Position numbers and translations under genes: made by a program | Source of the DNA: Eutreptiella sp. 'Long Island Sound 2002' | Lineage: Eukaryota > Protista > Euglenida | NCBI GenBank assembly: GCA_964036045.1 | Contig: OZ038378.1 | Span: 64,294,001-64,358,000, forward strand | Direction of reading: 5' to 3' | DNA length: 64,000 nt | The notes under the pieces: model-generated | Told to the model about the DNA's origin: nothing | Databases searched by the model: none | What the model saw: only the letters and a program-made list of their open reading frames with translations | Shown here: one piece after another, positions 1-12,000 of the stretch | Position numbering within the stretch: the first letter of the stretch is position 1 | Layout: each line of letters opens with the position of its first letter

Positions 1-6
1 CAAAGG

Positions 7-1917
7 ATGGCCAAAGGAGAAGGGAGTAAAGTGATCGGCAACAAACACCTCCAAGTGGGAAGAGAACAAAGTACGCACCAAGCATGGAAGAAGCACATAG
101 CCAACGTGGCGCGCATGGCTGGATTTGTGGCAAAAAAGCCTGAGGCGGACAAGCCACGAAACAAGAAGCCAGCGGTGGAGCCCGAAGATGAAAGGGACAT
201 ATACATCCAGCGACTTCTTGATGAACAAGCAGAGCTGATAACACAATTGGAAGAGCAAAAGAACAAGCGCCAGACAAGGGCATTGCCGAGCAAAGAGGAG
301 CTGACAGCAAAGCTGAAGCAAGTAGAAAAGGCGGCGGCAAAAGCACAGAAGGATCAACAAAAAGAAAGACTACGACAGCAATTGGCGGCGATGGAGGAAG
401 ACAGCTCTGAATCTGAGGATGAGACAGACCGCTTGATGAGACTGCTGCAGAGCAAAAAGGAGAAGCACAAGGCCAAGGACTAAGATCAAACGGGCGATGT
501 GGGGAAAAAGAAAGGGAGCGAAAAAGAGAAAGAAACGGATATGAGGCGAATGATCCGCAACCTGAAGCGCAAACGAGAGCCGGATGAGGATGAAGAAGAC
601 AGCGAGGACAACAAATACGTGGACATCACGGAGGACCAGCAAGCGCTGAAGGTGATACAGCTGACAGGAATACGCTGCAGCAACCCCAACCGAGTGGCAC
701 AATTCATCAATGAAAAGTTCAAATTCCACAACCTGGCGGACATGTGGCCGGCGCTATGTGCTGTGGTGGATGGCAGAAGTGAAAGACCGCTGCTGCTGGC
801 GGTGGATGCGGCCAGCTATGAGACATACATGGGAGGAAGAACGATGCGGCAAGCAGCCCTCAAAGGAGTGGCCATGTCCATGAAAGTAGAAGAGTGCCGA
901 TGGGGTACAGTGACATGCCACATAGCCAAGGATCAAGCCACACCGGTAACGAGAACAAGGCCAAGCAAAGGAGGAGACCCGGCGATCAACATCACGTCAG
1001 CACGTCTCAATGGGACCCTGGGCCGACTTGTTATCCTCACAATGGCGCCACACACACCCACAACACCGTTCATATCTATATGGGGGATGGGGGAACAAGA
1101 ACGCACAGGGGGACCAGTCATGTTTGATATGCACATAGACGAGCACATGCTGAGACAGGCAGCGCAATATAAAGGGATGTGGGTACAGAAGGGTGGCACC
1201 AGGGCCTACACAGCGGAGGCAGCGAATGCAGGCAACAAGCCAAAGCACACCATGCAAGTAGGGGGGAGCCGGCCACTGCACCCAGGGGTACTGGACACCC
1301 CGGGAATGTCCATGGCATGGGAGTATCGTCGCACCACGAGTGGGCGGCCACAAATGGGCCAAACCCTGAAACAACCACATGGACCAGTGGTGAACCCCCG
1401 CATGCACCCGTGGATGATCACGGGCAATGAACGCACACAGGTGGCACACAGGGTGGCTATAACCACTCTGGGGCTGGAATGGCACATGAACCCAGACGGT
1501 GTCAGCAGGCACTGGAAGAGCATCCAGCAACGAGGTCGGCCACAACACATTACACTCACAGCACAAGCACACAGGGCGGAGACAGTGCACACAGTAGAGT
1601 CAGAGGACATGGAGTTCGGGGGAGCCATGTTTCGCCTACAAATGTCCCACGATTGGTGGAGACACTATGGAGTGCAAAGATACACTGCACAGGGGATCAT
1701 GGGAACGGCAGGGGAATGGGTGCTGCCAGCATATGATGTATTTGTACTACAATGGACCATCCTGCGCAAAAGAGTGTGGCGCAGAAAAGATGGTGGTAAA
1801 GGAAGGAAATGTGCACAGGTATGGGCTAGCATGAAAGGCAATGAGACAGCCTTGTTTGAAGAGTGGGCCAGGGCCTGGGGCACAAAGGAGGAGGACATAT
1901 CCACAATGGAACCGTGA
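7..1917 (+). pseudogene. LINE-A N-terminal region: K/E-rich coiled-coil (7-483) plus ~470-aa domain of unknown function (499-1917)
   Basis: ORFs 7-483, 499-1917 and 1990-2358 share one frame, separated only by TAA (481-483) and TGA (1915-1917). The first segment is strongly charged and heptad-like, as in LINE ORF1 proteins. Confidence 0.6.
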
Positions 1918-2049
1918 TGCACAATAACACACATCGATGGGCACACCATTTGCAGTGCATACCTGCACCCACAAACACAACTGCCCCAGATGCACTATAC
2001 GACATCCATATGGAGTGGGATGCCTAAGATACTGTCACAAGGGCGGGGA

Positions 2050-2660
2050 GGGAAGGTAACCATAACAGGTATGTTTGTCAATGCGCAAAGCATGACGGCA
2101 AGCAAATGGCAAGAGACAAAGACAGTGGCACTACGGAACAGAGCCACCCTTGTGGCGGTGGTGGAAATATGGGGGGTGGAGACCGAGACCCCCTGTTCAT
2201 GGGGTACAAGAGGCGAATATCCAAGCACATGGGGATCGGGAAGGGGATTGGGGTGTGGATGCATACAAATAGGGTCACGCACATGGAGAAAGTGCATGAC
2301 GAAAGATGGGCCATGGCTGTGTTGGCACGAATGGCACACCACACCATACTGCTCATAGTAGTGCACATGCCACAACGCAATGCACCAGGTGACTACGCCA
2401 AGTGCCTGCAAACACTCACGGCAGTGTACGCATTGCATGCATATGCGCAATGTATCATATGTGGTGATTGGAACAGATATGTCCCCACACACACACCCAC
2501 AGCACAGTGGATGCAGGACAGAAGAATGTACGCGCACACCACAGGACAAGAGGCGAGAGACCATAAAGACTGGGTGATCACGTCCCAGGCCATGGAGCCG
2601 GATGTGGTGCACTACAGTGAGGGAGTGGCGGACCATCCGCTGGTGCAATTTAAGATGAGG
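2050..2660 (+). pseudogene. LINE-A apurinic-like (APE/EEP) endonuclease domain
   Basis: Motifs GMFVNAQSM, LVAVVEIW, VHMPQ, CIICGDWN, HKDWVITS and ADHPLV. One frameshift lies in the G run near 2170-2180. Confidence 0.85.
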
Positions 2661-3399
2661 GTAGGGAGGGGGTGGGACAGTGACACCGCACCGGTGGGAC
2701 ACAAGCCCACAGGAGTCAATGCGTGGGGGCCGGGGGACAGACACAGTTGGGGCACGGTGATGGAGTGTATCAGTGGGGCAGGACTCACCGTGCAGCAATG
2801 GGTGGCCATGTACCGGGAGGTAGTGGCCGCGGTGGATGAACTACGGATGCAAAGGCAAGCAGAACAATCCATCAGAGAGGCCATGCAACAGGAGAGTCAA
2901 GGGGGGGGAGGGGGGACGGGGAATTGGGTGGATGGGCCGGGGGTGCTCACCATGCTCCATGATAAGGTATGGCTGGCTAAAATGCAAGAACGCCATGTCC
3001 TGGAACAGATACAGCAAACGAGGGCCACCACCAAAATCCTGAGGATCAAGAAAGCAAGCAAACTGGTCCACCTCACCAGGGTATGGGACACCACGGCACA
3101 CACAGTGGCCACGGGAGAGAAAGTGAAGGAGGCGGTGGCGAAAGAGGCACAGCGAAAAAACACTCTGCCAACAGCCAGCCCAAGTGTGGAATGGGTCAGC
3201 AGGCACACACCAACGGGAGAAGACAGGGGATGCTATGACAAAGTGACCAGAGTAGAGAGGGCCAGGGTGACAGAAGAGTCAGCAGGTGAGGTGAGACACA
3301 CGCTGGGGTACCCCATGCAGTATGGTGAGGGCAGGGAGCTGGCAAGGGCGCAACGCTACCTAACGGTAGCGGCGGATGGAGTGGCGGCAGGGCTGTCCA

Positions 3400-4424
3400 T
3401 CCACGCAGAGCTGGCATACCAGCACATGCAGGCGAGGGTTCTGCTAACCCCCATTGACAAACTGCCAGCAGAATGCACCAGATTTTTGCACCTGCCTTTT
3501 GAAAAACAGCCAGGTATCGTTTGAAACAAACACACACGACCCATCATGTTGGGATCGGCAATACCCAGACAGGGGCAGAAGCTGCTCCTCATGAGGAGCC
3601 AGAGGTACAACACCCCGGAGGACCTGCACATGTTGCAGCATGCGATCCTAAAGGGCCTGAACTGCCAGCACTTGCGGCGGCTAACCTACACCAGCATCTT
3701 CACACAGCTAAGGGACACAGGGGAAATCCTCTTAATGTTCGTGGACCTCGACCATGGGTATGGGCAGACAGACAGAGAACTTCTGACCAAACAGGTGGCG
3801 CAAGGAGGGAATCTGCAATGGACGTGGAGGCAACAGAGCCAATTGTATGCACACATCACAACCTACGTGGTGACGGCCATGGGCCTTTCCATGGCATACT
3901 CAGTGACGGGGGGACTGGTACAGGGTGGGGGCATGGACCCCTATTTTTACATCTGGAATTCTCTGTTTCTGGCAGGACCAGGGATTGGGGAGGGGGGGAT
4001 CTCACTGAAACTGTGGGAGTCCATGGCACGCCTACACATACAGTGTGTGGTGGATGATACCACACTATGGGGGGCCACGACGCAAGGCCTACAACACAGC
4101 GTGAACAGAACCATAGCAGTGCTCAAAGCCATGAATGCGGCGTGCAACCCCGACAAGTTTGGCCTCATCCATTATGCATACCACAACCACAAAATCACAC
4201 CACAGGCCTCCACCATCCAAGTGGAAGGAACCACGGTACACGCGGCCAAGCGTACCAAGTACATCAAATTCCTGGGGGGCAATGGAAATTTGCTCACGGC
4301 AGCGGGGGAAGACATCCAGGGAATAAGGAAACATGCACGCCACATCACAGCACAGGCATGCAGGCATGTACCCTCGCTGGCCATATTGAAGGCCCTAGTG
4401 GCCGGATGCATACTGGCCAGATAG
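3400..4424 (+). pseudogene. LINE-A reverse transcriptase domain
   Basis: Motifs RPIMLGS, FVDLDHGYG, GLVQGGGMDP, VVDDTTL, CNPDK and IKFLGG. In-frame stops at 3522-3524 (TGA) and 4422-4424 (TAG). Confidence 0.85.
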
Positions 4425-4439
4425 CTATACAAGCGCGGT

Positions 4440-6530
4440 GTGGGCTGGCCGCAGCGTGTCAATGGGAGGGGGCATGCAGGGGAAACCGAGACAGTACTAG
4501 GCATCATGTGCAACACCATGCGGCGAACACTATACCTACCTCTGAAAACCACCAAGCAATTTTTTGTGCATGCAAAAGGCTTGGCGGTGACACCACCACT
4601 GCAAGCATTTTGGGAAAACAATCTGATGGACATGTACAAAACAGCGAATGCCAAACACCAATGGGTCAGGGAAACCACCCAAATGGCAATCATCCGGCCG
4701 TGGGGAGGAATGGGAACGCTGCGGGGGGTGGATACAGACTATGACAAGGTATACCGCTGGTGCACGGAGCACCAATGGAAACCGGTGATACACCATGAGG
4801 GAGCACAGTGTGACACATGGGAATGTCATGCAAGCGTGAAAAGCATACCACACACAGTACTAGTAGTAGTGGGGGATGTGAGTGGCAAACAAGGAGAGAC
4901 GATATGGGGCCTGGGGGCAGTGGCCAGTGACCTGCATGGCACCATAGTATGGGAAGGGCAAGCATGGATGGATCTCATGCATGGCAGCACAGATGTATTG
5001 GAAGACACTGCAGTGGTGGAGGCATGCAGGGCGATACACAGGGCGACGAGCACGAGAGGGGAGAGCGTCGACCTGGTGCTGGCCTTTTGTGACAACAAAG
5101 GGGCGGCAACAGCCCTGGCACACCACACACTCACACACAGGGGGGGCAACCTCATGGATCGCACAGTGTGTGACTTCTACGACCTGGCACAAAGCATGCC
5201 ACTCAGAATGGGATGGTGCCCAGCACAGCACGACACACAGTTACAAGGCGTGCTAGCCATGGCCAATAAGGCAGCGGACACCAGGGCCAAACGAGCACAA
5301 AGACACAGGGAGGGCAGCCACTGGACCATGCCGCAGGCATGGGTGGCAGGGCACACATTCGCATGGTACCACAAAGGGCGTAGGGTGATTGGCATAAAGC
5401 GCATGGTCAGGGATAGCATGGTGCAGGCGGGAGACTCAGTGCCGTCAGAACAGGGGTACACACCAATGGAGCATTTGCAGGAAAGAAGAGAGGATGCCAG
5501 CCTACGACACCAGTGGGCTCAGTGTACATTTCGCCATCCCAGAGACCAGGCAAGTGTCCTGTTGGCGGCATTTTTTGAAAACACCAGGGACATGTACATA
5601 GACACGGAAGGACACGGAGAATGTGAAGCGTGTAAGGGAACATATGCATGCAGAGTGACACATGCACACCAGAGATGCCCCAACCTGTGGCACAGTGTCG
5701 TACAGGGCATGGGGGCTATTGCGCGAGTGTGCAGAGAACACACCAAGCGGGGGGTACAAATACGCCAACTGTGGGGGGGGGTACAGCTCACGGGACAGGG
5801 CACCACAGTGCTACTGCTATGTGTACCGCCTAAACACAGCTGGTGGTATGAGCAAAGCATGCACACAGAGGGTATCACCCTGTGGCCCATGTACACAGCG
5901 TCGGTACCCAGCACGGATGTGGTGGCAGCGATGCAAGTGCTCAGTGTGGGGCCTGCACGCCACCTATGTTTACGCATCATGCACACACAAGGCATGTATA
6001 TATGGCATACAACGACTGCAGACACAGAGCTGTGGAGAGAGTATTGGGCCCTGCCTGCAGGGCAACACTACGCGGCTATGATGCATACAGATGACAGGTG
6101 CAGGTACCAGGAAGGGCAGGGGCAAGAGACCACCATCCCAGCACCACTACTATGGGCATTGCTTGCAGCAGTATGGGGAACTAAAGTGCGGCTGGCAGCA
6201 AAGGGGGTACAGAACATGCGGCTGTGCAGCATCCAACATGCAGCGTGGGGTTCCCACAAAAGGATAGGAAGCCTGCCCCTAGGGGGCTTACAAAGGGTAA
6301 CGGCGCCACCCTTTGGGATGGGCCTGTGCTACATAGCTATCACCAAGGAAGGAGTTACACCACAGCAGAGGCAGTGGTATGAGAGGGCGGAAGCCCAATG
6401 CAGGGTGATGCGACGAGTAGTATGGGGGGGACACGGTGCATACATGGTCATATGCCTAACCGGGGGGGCCCAGGCGACAGAATGGGCCCATGCAGTGCAA
6501 CAGGCGATTGACCGTGTGCAGATGACCTAA
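4440..6530 (+). pseudogene. LINE-A C-terminal part: RNase H-like domain (~4860-5300), zinc knuckle (~5620-5690) and tail
   Basis: RNase H pattern VVGDVSG / LEDTAVVE / FCDNKGA / WCPAQH..ANKAADTRAKRA, followed by CEACKG..HAHQRC. Confidence 0.8.
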
Positions 6531-6886
6531 CCTCACTGTCCTGTAGGTGGCAAGGGAGGAGCCAAACGACACCTCCAGTATCCGCAAGCAAGAATGTGGG
6601 GCCCCACACCATGGGGCAACCAGGGAAAAGGGAAGGGTAAAGGGTGGCAATGCTGGAAGCAATGGTGAAAGCAGCGCACATGCACAGGCAATGAGCCAGT
6701 ACGTGGATGCATGGAAGAATGAATGAATGCGACCGCTCAGTGCGTGCTCCACTGCATGTGCCGGGTAAGGGATGAGGAGGCAAAGCAGTGATAAGCCGAG
6801 GAAACACAGCACAAGCAACGGGCCCTGGGCAGACGGTGTAGCGCACCGGAACAAGCGCAGTGCATCCATCCATCCATCCATCCATC

Positions 6887-6949
6887 CCCCCCTACCCCCC
6901 CCCCCTACCTCCCCCCCCTACCTCCCCCCCCCTACCTCCCCCCCCTACA
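6887..6949. repeat. C-rich (C7-10)TACCT tandem repeat (G-rich on minus strand)
   Basis: Directly visible; the same unit recurs at about 7870-7930, 7985-8090 and 8455-8540. Confidence 0.85.
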
Positions 6950-7560
6950 TTCAGCTCGCTTCGCTCGACAGACGGCTCGCTTCGCTCGACGCGGGGGCCA
7001 GCCCCCGCACCCCCCTTAAATAACATGACTCCTGCGGTGGCCACAGGCCGCCTTTTGTGTGTACCGCCTTGTGTGTGCACCACCTTCTGTATGCACCGCC
7101 TTGCCTGTGGCCCCTTAAAAAGCAAGACTCCTGCGGTGGCCACAGGCCGCCTTTTGTGTGTTCCGCCTTGTGTGTGCACCGCCTTTTGTGTGCACCGCCT
7201 TGCCTGTGGCCCCTTAAATAACAAGACTCCTGCGACGGCCACAGATCGCCTTTTGTGTGTTCCGCCTTATGTGTGCACCGCCTTCTGTATGCACCGCCTT
7301 GCCTGTGGCCCCTTAAATAACAAGACTCCTGCGGTGGCCACAGGCCGCCTTTTGTGTGTTCCGCCTTGTGTGTGCACCGCCTTCTGTATGTACCGCCTTG
7401 CCTGTGGCCCCTAAAATAACATGGCTCCTGCGGTGGCCACAGACCGCCTTTTGTGTGTTCCGCCTTGTGTATGCCCCGCCTTGTGGGTGCACCGCCTTCT
7501 GTGTGTATGATCCTACCCCCCCCCCTCCCCCCGAACCCACCCCATCCCCCCCCTACCTCC
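6950..7560 (+). repeat. Repeat module 1: GCTCGCTTCGCTCG x2 header, five 99-bp units, C-rich end
   Basis: Units CCCCTTAAATAACAAGACTCCTGCGGTGGCC... start at 7012, 7111, 7210, 7309 and 7408. Confidence 0.9.
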
Positions 7561-7933
7561 CCCCCCTGAGGCACCGCCCCGCCCTCCACCCCCACCACAG
7601 CCGCTTCGCTCAGGACGAGTACCTCTCCCCCCGCGAGACGGGGGAGGGCTCCAGGGTAACTTCCACGCGTAGCCCCACCCTCCTCCACGCGCGCCCCCCC
7701 CCCCCTCCACTCCACAGCGCCTTCCCCCCCCCCCCCTCGGTCGTTGTCGGCACACGCCCGGCCAGCGTGACGCCGGCCGACTGCTCCCTTGCGCCCTGCC
7801 CAGGGAGAGCGTGTCTGGCAATTTCTCCCGCCGGCACGTGCTGGGTGCCTTCACAACAACAACAACAACAACTCCCCCCCCTACCCTCCCCCTACCTCCC
7901 CCCCCTATCCCCCCCTACCCCCCCCTACCTCCA

Positions 7934-7997
7934 AGGTAGGGGGGGGCGACTTCGTGGGATATGTGATAGTATGCACGAAGTCGCCCCCCCCCTACCT
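7934..7997. repeat. ~64-bp hairpin / minimal TIR element
   Basis: AGGTA(G8)CGACTTCGTG, 17-nt loop, CACGAAGTCG(C9)TACCT: ~23-bp arms differing only by one base in the G/C run. Confidence 0.8.
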
Positions 7998-8089
7998 CCC
8001 CGCCCCTACCTACCCCCCCCTACCCCCCCCCCTACCTCCCCCTCCTACCTCCCCCCCCTACCTCCCCCCCACTACCTCCCCCCCCTACC

Positions 8090-8520
8090 TTCGGCTCGCT
8101 TCGCTCAACAGACGGCTCGCTTCGCTCGACGCGGGGGCCAGCCCCCGCACCCCCCTTAAATAACAAGACTCCTGCGTTGGCTACATACCGCCTTTTGTGC
8201 GTTGCGCCTTGTGTGTGCACCGCCTTCTGTGTGTAGCGCCTTGCCTATGGCCCCTTATGTAACAAGACTCCTGCGGTGGCCACAGGCCGCCTTTTGTGCG
8301 TTCCGCCTTGTGTGTGCACCGCCTTCTGTATGTACCGCCTTGCCTGTGGCCCCTTAAATAACAAGATTCCTGCGGTGGCCACAGATTGCATTTTGTGTGG
8401 TCCGCCTTGTGTATGCCCCGCCTTGTGTGTGCACCGCCTTCTGTGTGTATGATCCTACCCCCCCCCCCTCCCCCCGAACCCACCCCATCCCCCCCATACC
8501 CCCCCCCTACCTTCTCAGCC
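8090..8520 (+). repeat. Repeat module 2 (paralogue of module 1, three 99-bp units)
   Basis: Same header and end sequence as module 1; units start at about 8152, 8251 and 8350. Confidence 0.9.
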
Positions 8521-8544
8521 CCCCCCCCCCCCTACCTGCCCCAC

Positions 8545-9095
8545 CCTGAACCCCGGGACGGCCGTGAGGTGTCCGTAGAGGTGAGGGCTGACCCCGAGGC
8601 CCCCGGGTCAAGGGCCGGAGTACACGTAGGTTCACGCGTGAGCGGGACCTGCGGTAACGTAGAAACGGTCGCCCCTTGGCCTCCGGCCGCGGATGGACGA
8701 CAACCAAGTGCATCCGGGAGCCGAGTGGGTACTCCAGCCCGTGAGGGATGGGGAGTGGTGGAATGTGGCTGAGAGCAATGCTGCGCTGTCTGCGACGGCT
8801 ATCCACAGTAAACCCGCCCGCAGGCGCCCTAAAGGCTGCGCTGGGGGGGGGAAGACCAGAGGATTCTTCGACGAGGGACCGGAAGGCGCGCCCGCGAGGG
8901 CAGCGGCTGAAGGGAACCTACCACTGGTCATGCCCCAAGGGAACCTGGTACAAGTTCTCGGCCGTGAGGTGAGACGCCAGGGGAACTGATGGTGGAGAGC
9001 TCCCCTTCCCGCCAAAGGCGGCCACCATATAAAACAAACAAGGGGACGTCAGAAGAGGCTGCGGACGCGGCCGCCCTTACTTACTTACTTACTTA
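8545..9095 (+). mobile_element. Probable 3' fragment of a retroposed element with (TTAC)n tail
   Basis: GC-rich segment ending in (TTAC)4TTA at 9077-9095, abutting the next repeat array; no catalytic motif is recognisable. Confidence 0.4.
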
Positions 9096-9096
9096 G

Positions 9097-12000
9097 GGGG
9101 GTGTGGGTGAAAAATGTAGGGGGAAAAAACCTGCTTTCTTTTTCCGTCAAAAATCATGAATCTTCCAATTTTTTTCCATCAACAGTTTTTTCCGGTCGGA
9201 ACTCCATAGTATTTGTGTGGAGCGGACTGGGAGAAGTGTTTTTGTAGTATGTGTCGTTTTTGGCCGTTTTTGCTATCTTAGCTTTTTTGGCAACCCTGAG
9301 GAGCAAATCTAAAGGTGCAAATGAAGATCTTGTGTCAACACATGCCTACTAGGATGCCAAAGCATGCGATTTGTCGTCTCCGGCCTTGCCTAGGGCCGTT
9401 AAAGACATGCATTTTATTTACATATTTGGGATTTTGGGTGTGGGGGAGAGGACCGACCTAATTGTTTGCTGGTCACTTGAGTGTGTACCTTCGGGGCTAG
9501 ACTCTATAACTAGTTGACGTGCCAGAGGCAATAGAATCACCTCGCAGAGGTTCTGAGATCAAAGCAAGGTAGGCCCACCTCTAGGGGAGCACACTACATA
9601 CCCCCGTCTTTGGGTGTATTCGCGTACCCTACCAGGGGTTGAAGTGAGTGTTTAACCCCTTATAAATCATTATTTTGTCCAACAAACACATCCCCTTATG
9701 ACAAGTTGGTTTGGACCCTCCGACCCACCCCCCACCACTACTTGAAACCCCCTTTTTTTGAGTCGGGTGTGGGTCAAAAATTTTGAAAAACAACCCATGC
9801 AATTTTTTAGGTGTCAAAAATCATGAATCGTTTACCCGAAATAGTTTTCTTAGGTTGGAACTCCATAGTATTTGTCCTGAGCGGAGTGAGACAAGTGTTT
9901 TTGTAGTATATGCCGTTTTTAGGCGTTTTCCCCATGTCAGCTTTTTTGGCGACCTTAGTCACCCTGTGGTACCCCCTCTAAGGTTGCAAATGGAGATGCC
10001 ATGAAAACATATGCCTACTAGGATGCCAAAGGACGTGTTCTGTCGTCTCTAGCCTTGCCTAGGGCCATTGAACACCAGTGTGTTGTTTACATAGTTTGGA
10101 TGTTGGGTGTGGGGGAGAGGGTCACATAGTTTGGATGTTGGGTGCGGGGGAGAGGGTCGACCTACTGGTTTGCTAGTGACTTGAGTGTGCATCGCTCAGG
10201 GTAGATTCTTTGCCTGGTGGACGTCCCGGAGGCAATACAATCACCTCGCAGAGTTTCACACATCAAAGCAATGCACGCCCGCTTGTGGGGGACCCCCCAC
10301 ATACCCGTGTCTTTGGGTGTATTCACGTCCCCTACGATTACGGGTTGAAGTGGGTGTTTAACCCCTTGTGAAATCATTGATTTGTCCAACAAAAGGATTC
10401 TCCCAACGACTATTTGCACCCCAATGCACCCCCCCCCCCCCTCCTCCACTTGAAACCCCCCATTTTTTTGAGGGGGGGGTGGGTCAAAAATGTAGAAAAA
10501 ACAACCCATCCATTTTTTTTCTGGGTCAAAACTCATCAATCTTTGGTTTTTTTCCATTTTGAGCCCAACTAGTTTTTTCAGGTTGGAACTCCATAGGATT
10601 TGTGTGGAGATGAGTGGGACAAGTGTTTTTGTACTACATGCGGTTTCTAGGTGTTTTTGCTATGCTGGCGTTTTTGGTGACCTTAGTGACCGCGTGGAAC
10701 CCACTCGACTGGTGCAAGTGGAGATGTTGTGACAGCATATGCCTGCTAGGATGCCAAAGGACGTGTTTTGTAGTCTGTAGTCTTGCTTAGGGCCATTAAA
10801 GACCCGCGTGTTATTTACATAGTTTGGGTATTGGGTGTGGGGAAAAGGGCCGATCTACTTGTTTTCTTGAGTGTGCATCGCTCGGGGTCGATTCTTTGCT
10901 TGGTGGACGTGCCAGAGGCAATAGAATCAGCTCGCAGAGTTTCTTAGATCAAAGCCAGGCAGGTCCGCTGATTGGGGAACACACCACATACCCCCGTCTT
11001 TGGGTGCATTCGCGTACCTACCATCAGGGGTTTGGCCACTTGTAATACCATTATTTTGTCCAACAAACACACCCCCAATCACTATTTGGTTTGGACCCCC
11101 CAACCCACCGCCCAACCCTTCACTTGAAACCCCTCCCTTTTTTGAGGGGGGTGTGGGTCAAAAATGTAGAAAAAAAACGCCTGCTGTTTTGGGGGGTCAA
11201 AAGTCATGAATCTTTTCGTTCTTTTTTGTCTTTTGTGCCCACATAGTTTTTTCAGGTCGGAACTCCATAGGATTTGTGTGGAGCGGAGTGGGACAAGTGT
11301 TTTCTAGTATATGCGGTTTTTGGGCGTTTTTGCTATGCTGGCGTTTTTGGTGACCTTAGCGACCCCGTGGAACCCACTCGACGGGTGCAAGTGGAGATGT
11401 TGTGACAGCATATGCCTACTAGGATGCCAAAGCTCGTATTTTGTAGTCTCTAGCCTTGCCTAGGGCCATTAAAGACCCGCATGTTATTTACATAGTTTGG
11501 GTATTGGGTGTGGGTGAAAGGGTCAACCTACTGGTTTGCCGGTCATTTGAGTGTGCATCGCTCGGGGTAGATTCTTTGCTTGGTGGACGTGCCGGAGGCA
11601 ATAGAATCAGCTCGCAGAGTTTCTTAGCTCAAAGCCAGGCGGGTCCGCTTATAGGGGTAGACGCCACATACCCCCCCCGTCTTTGGGTGCATTCGCGTAC
11701 CCTTTCATTGTGGTTTGGCCCCATAAAATCATTATTTTGTCCAACAAACACACCCCCAATGACTATTTGGTTTGGACCCCCCAACGCCCCCCCCCCCCCC
11801 CCTCCTCTTGAAACCTCCCTTTTTTTTTCTTTGAGGGGGGTGTGGGTCAAAAATATCGAAAAAACCAACTGCTGGTTTTTTTGGGGGGGTTGAAAATCAT
11901 GAATCTTTTGGCTTTTTCCTATTTTGAGCCCAAATAGTTTCTTTAGGTGGGAACTCCATAGGATTTGTGTAGAGCGGGGCGGGACAAGTGTTTTGTAGTA

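Larger units (their letters stand above)
1..6886 (+). mobile_element. Non-LTR retrotransposon (LINE family A; APE-RT-RNase H-zinc knuckle), decayed; 5' end may lie outside the window
   Basis: Co-linear ORF pieces carry APE, RT, RNase H and CxxC..H..C motifs in LINE order. A ~330-bp 3' UTR follows, then a (CATC)6 tail at 6863-6886. Confidence 0.9.

Noticed and set aside
481-4424. Stop-codon reassignment suggested by in-frame TAA/TGA/TAG in LINE-A
   Set aside because: All three stop types occur, each explicable by one transition (e.g. TGG or CAA/CGA). LINE-B has a 1527-codon stretch with none. Pseudogene decay is sufficient.
6887-6949. Telomere-like repeat
   Set aside because: The C-run length is variable (7-10), the tracts are internal and short, and they do not match a fixed telomerase unit.
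6860-8483. ORFs with 33-aa repeats (CVPPCVCTAFC / HTQGGTHKRR)
   Set aside because: They are by-products of the 99-bp tandem unit, open on both strands, with no start context or domain.
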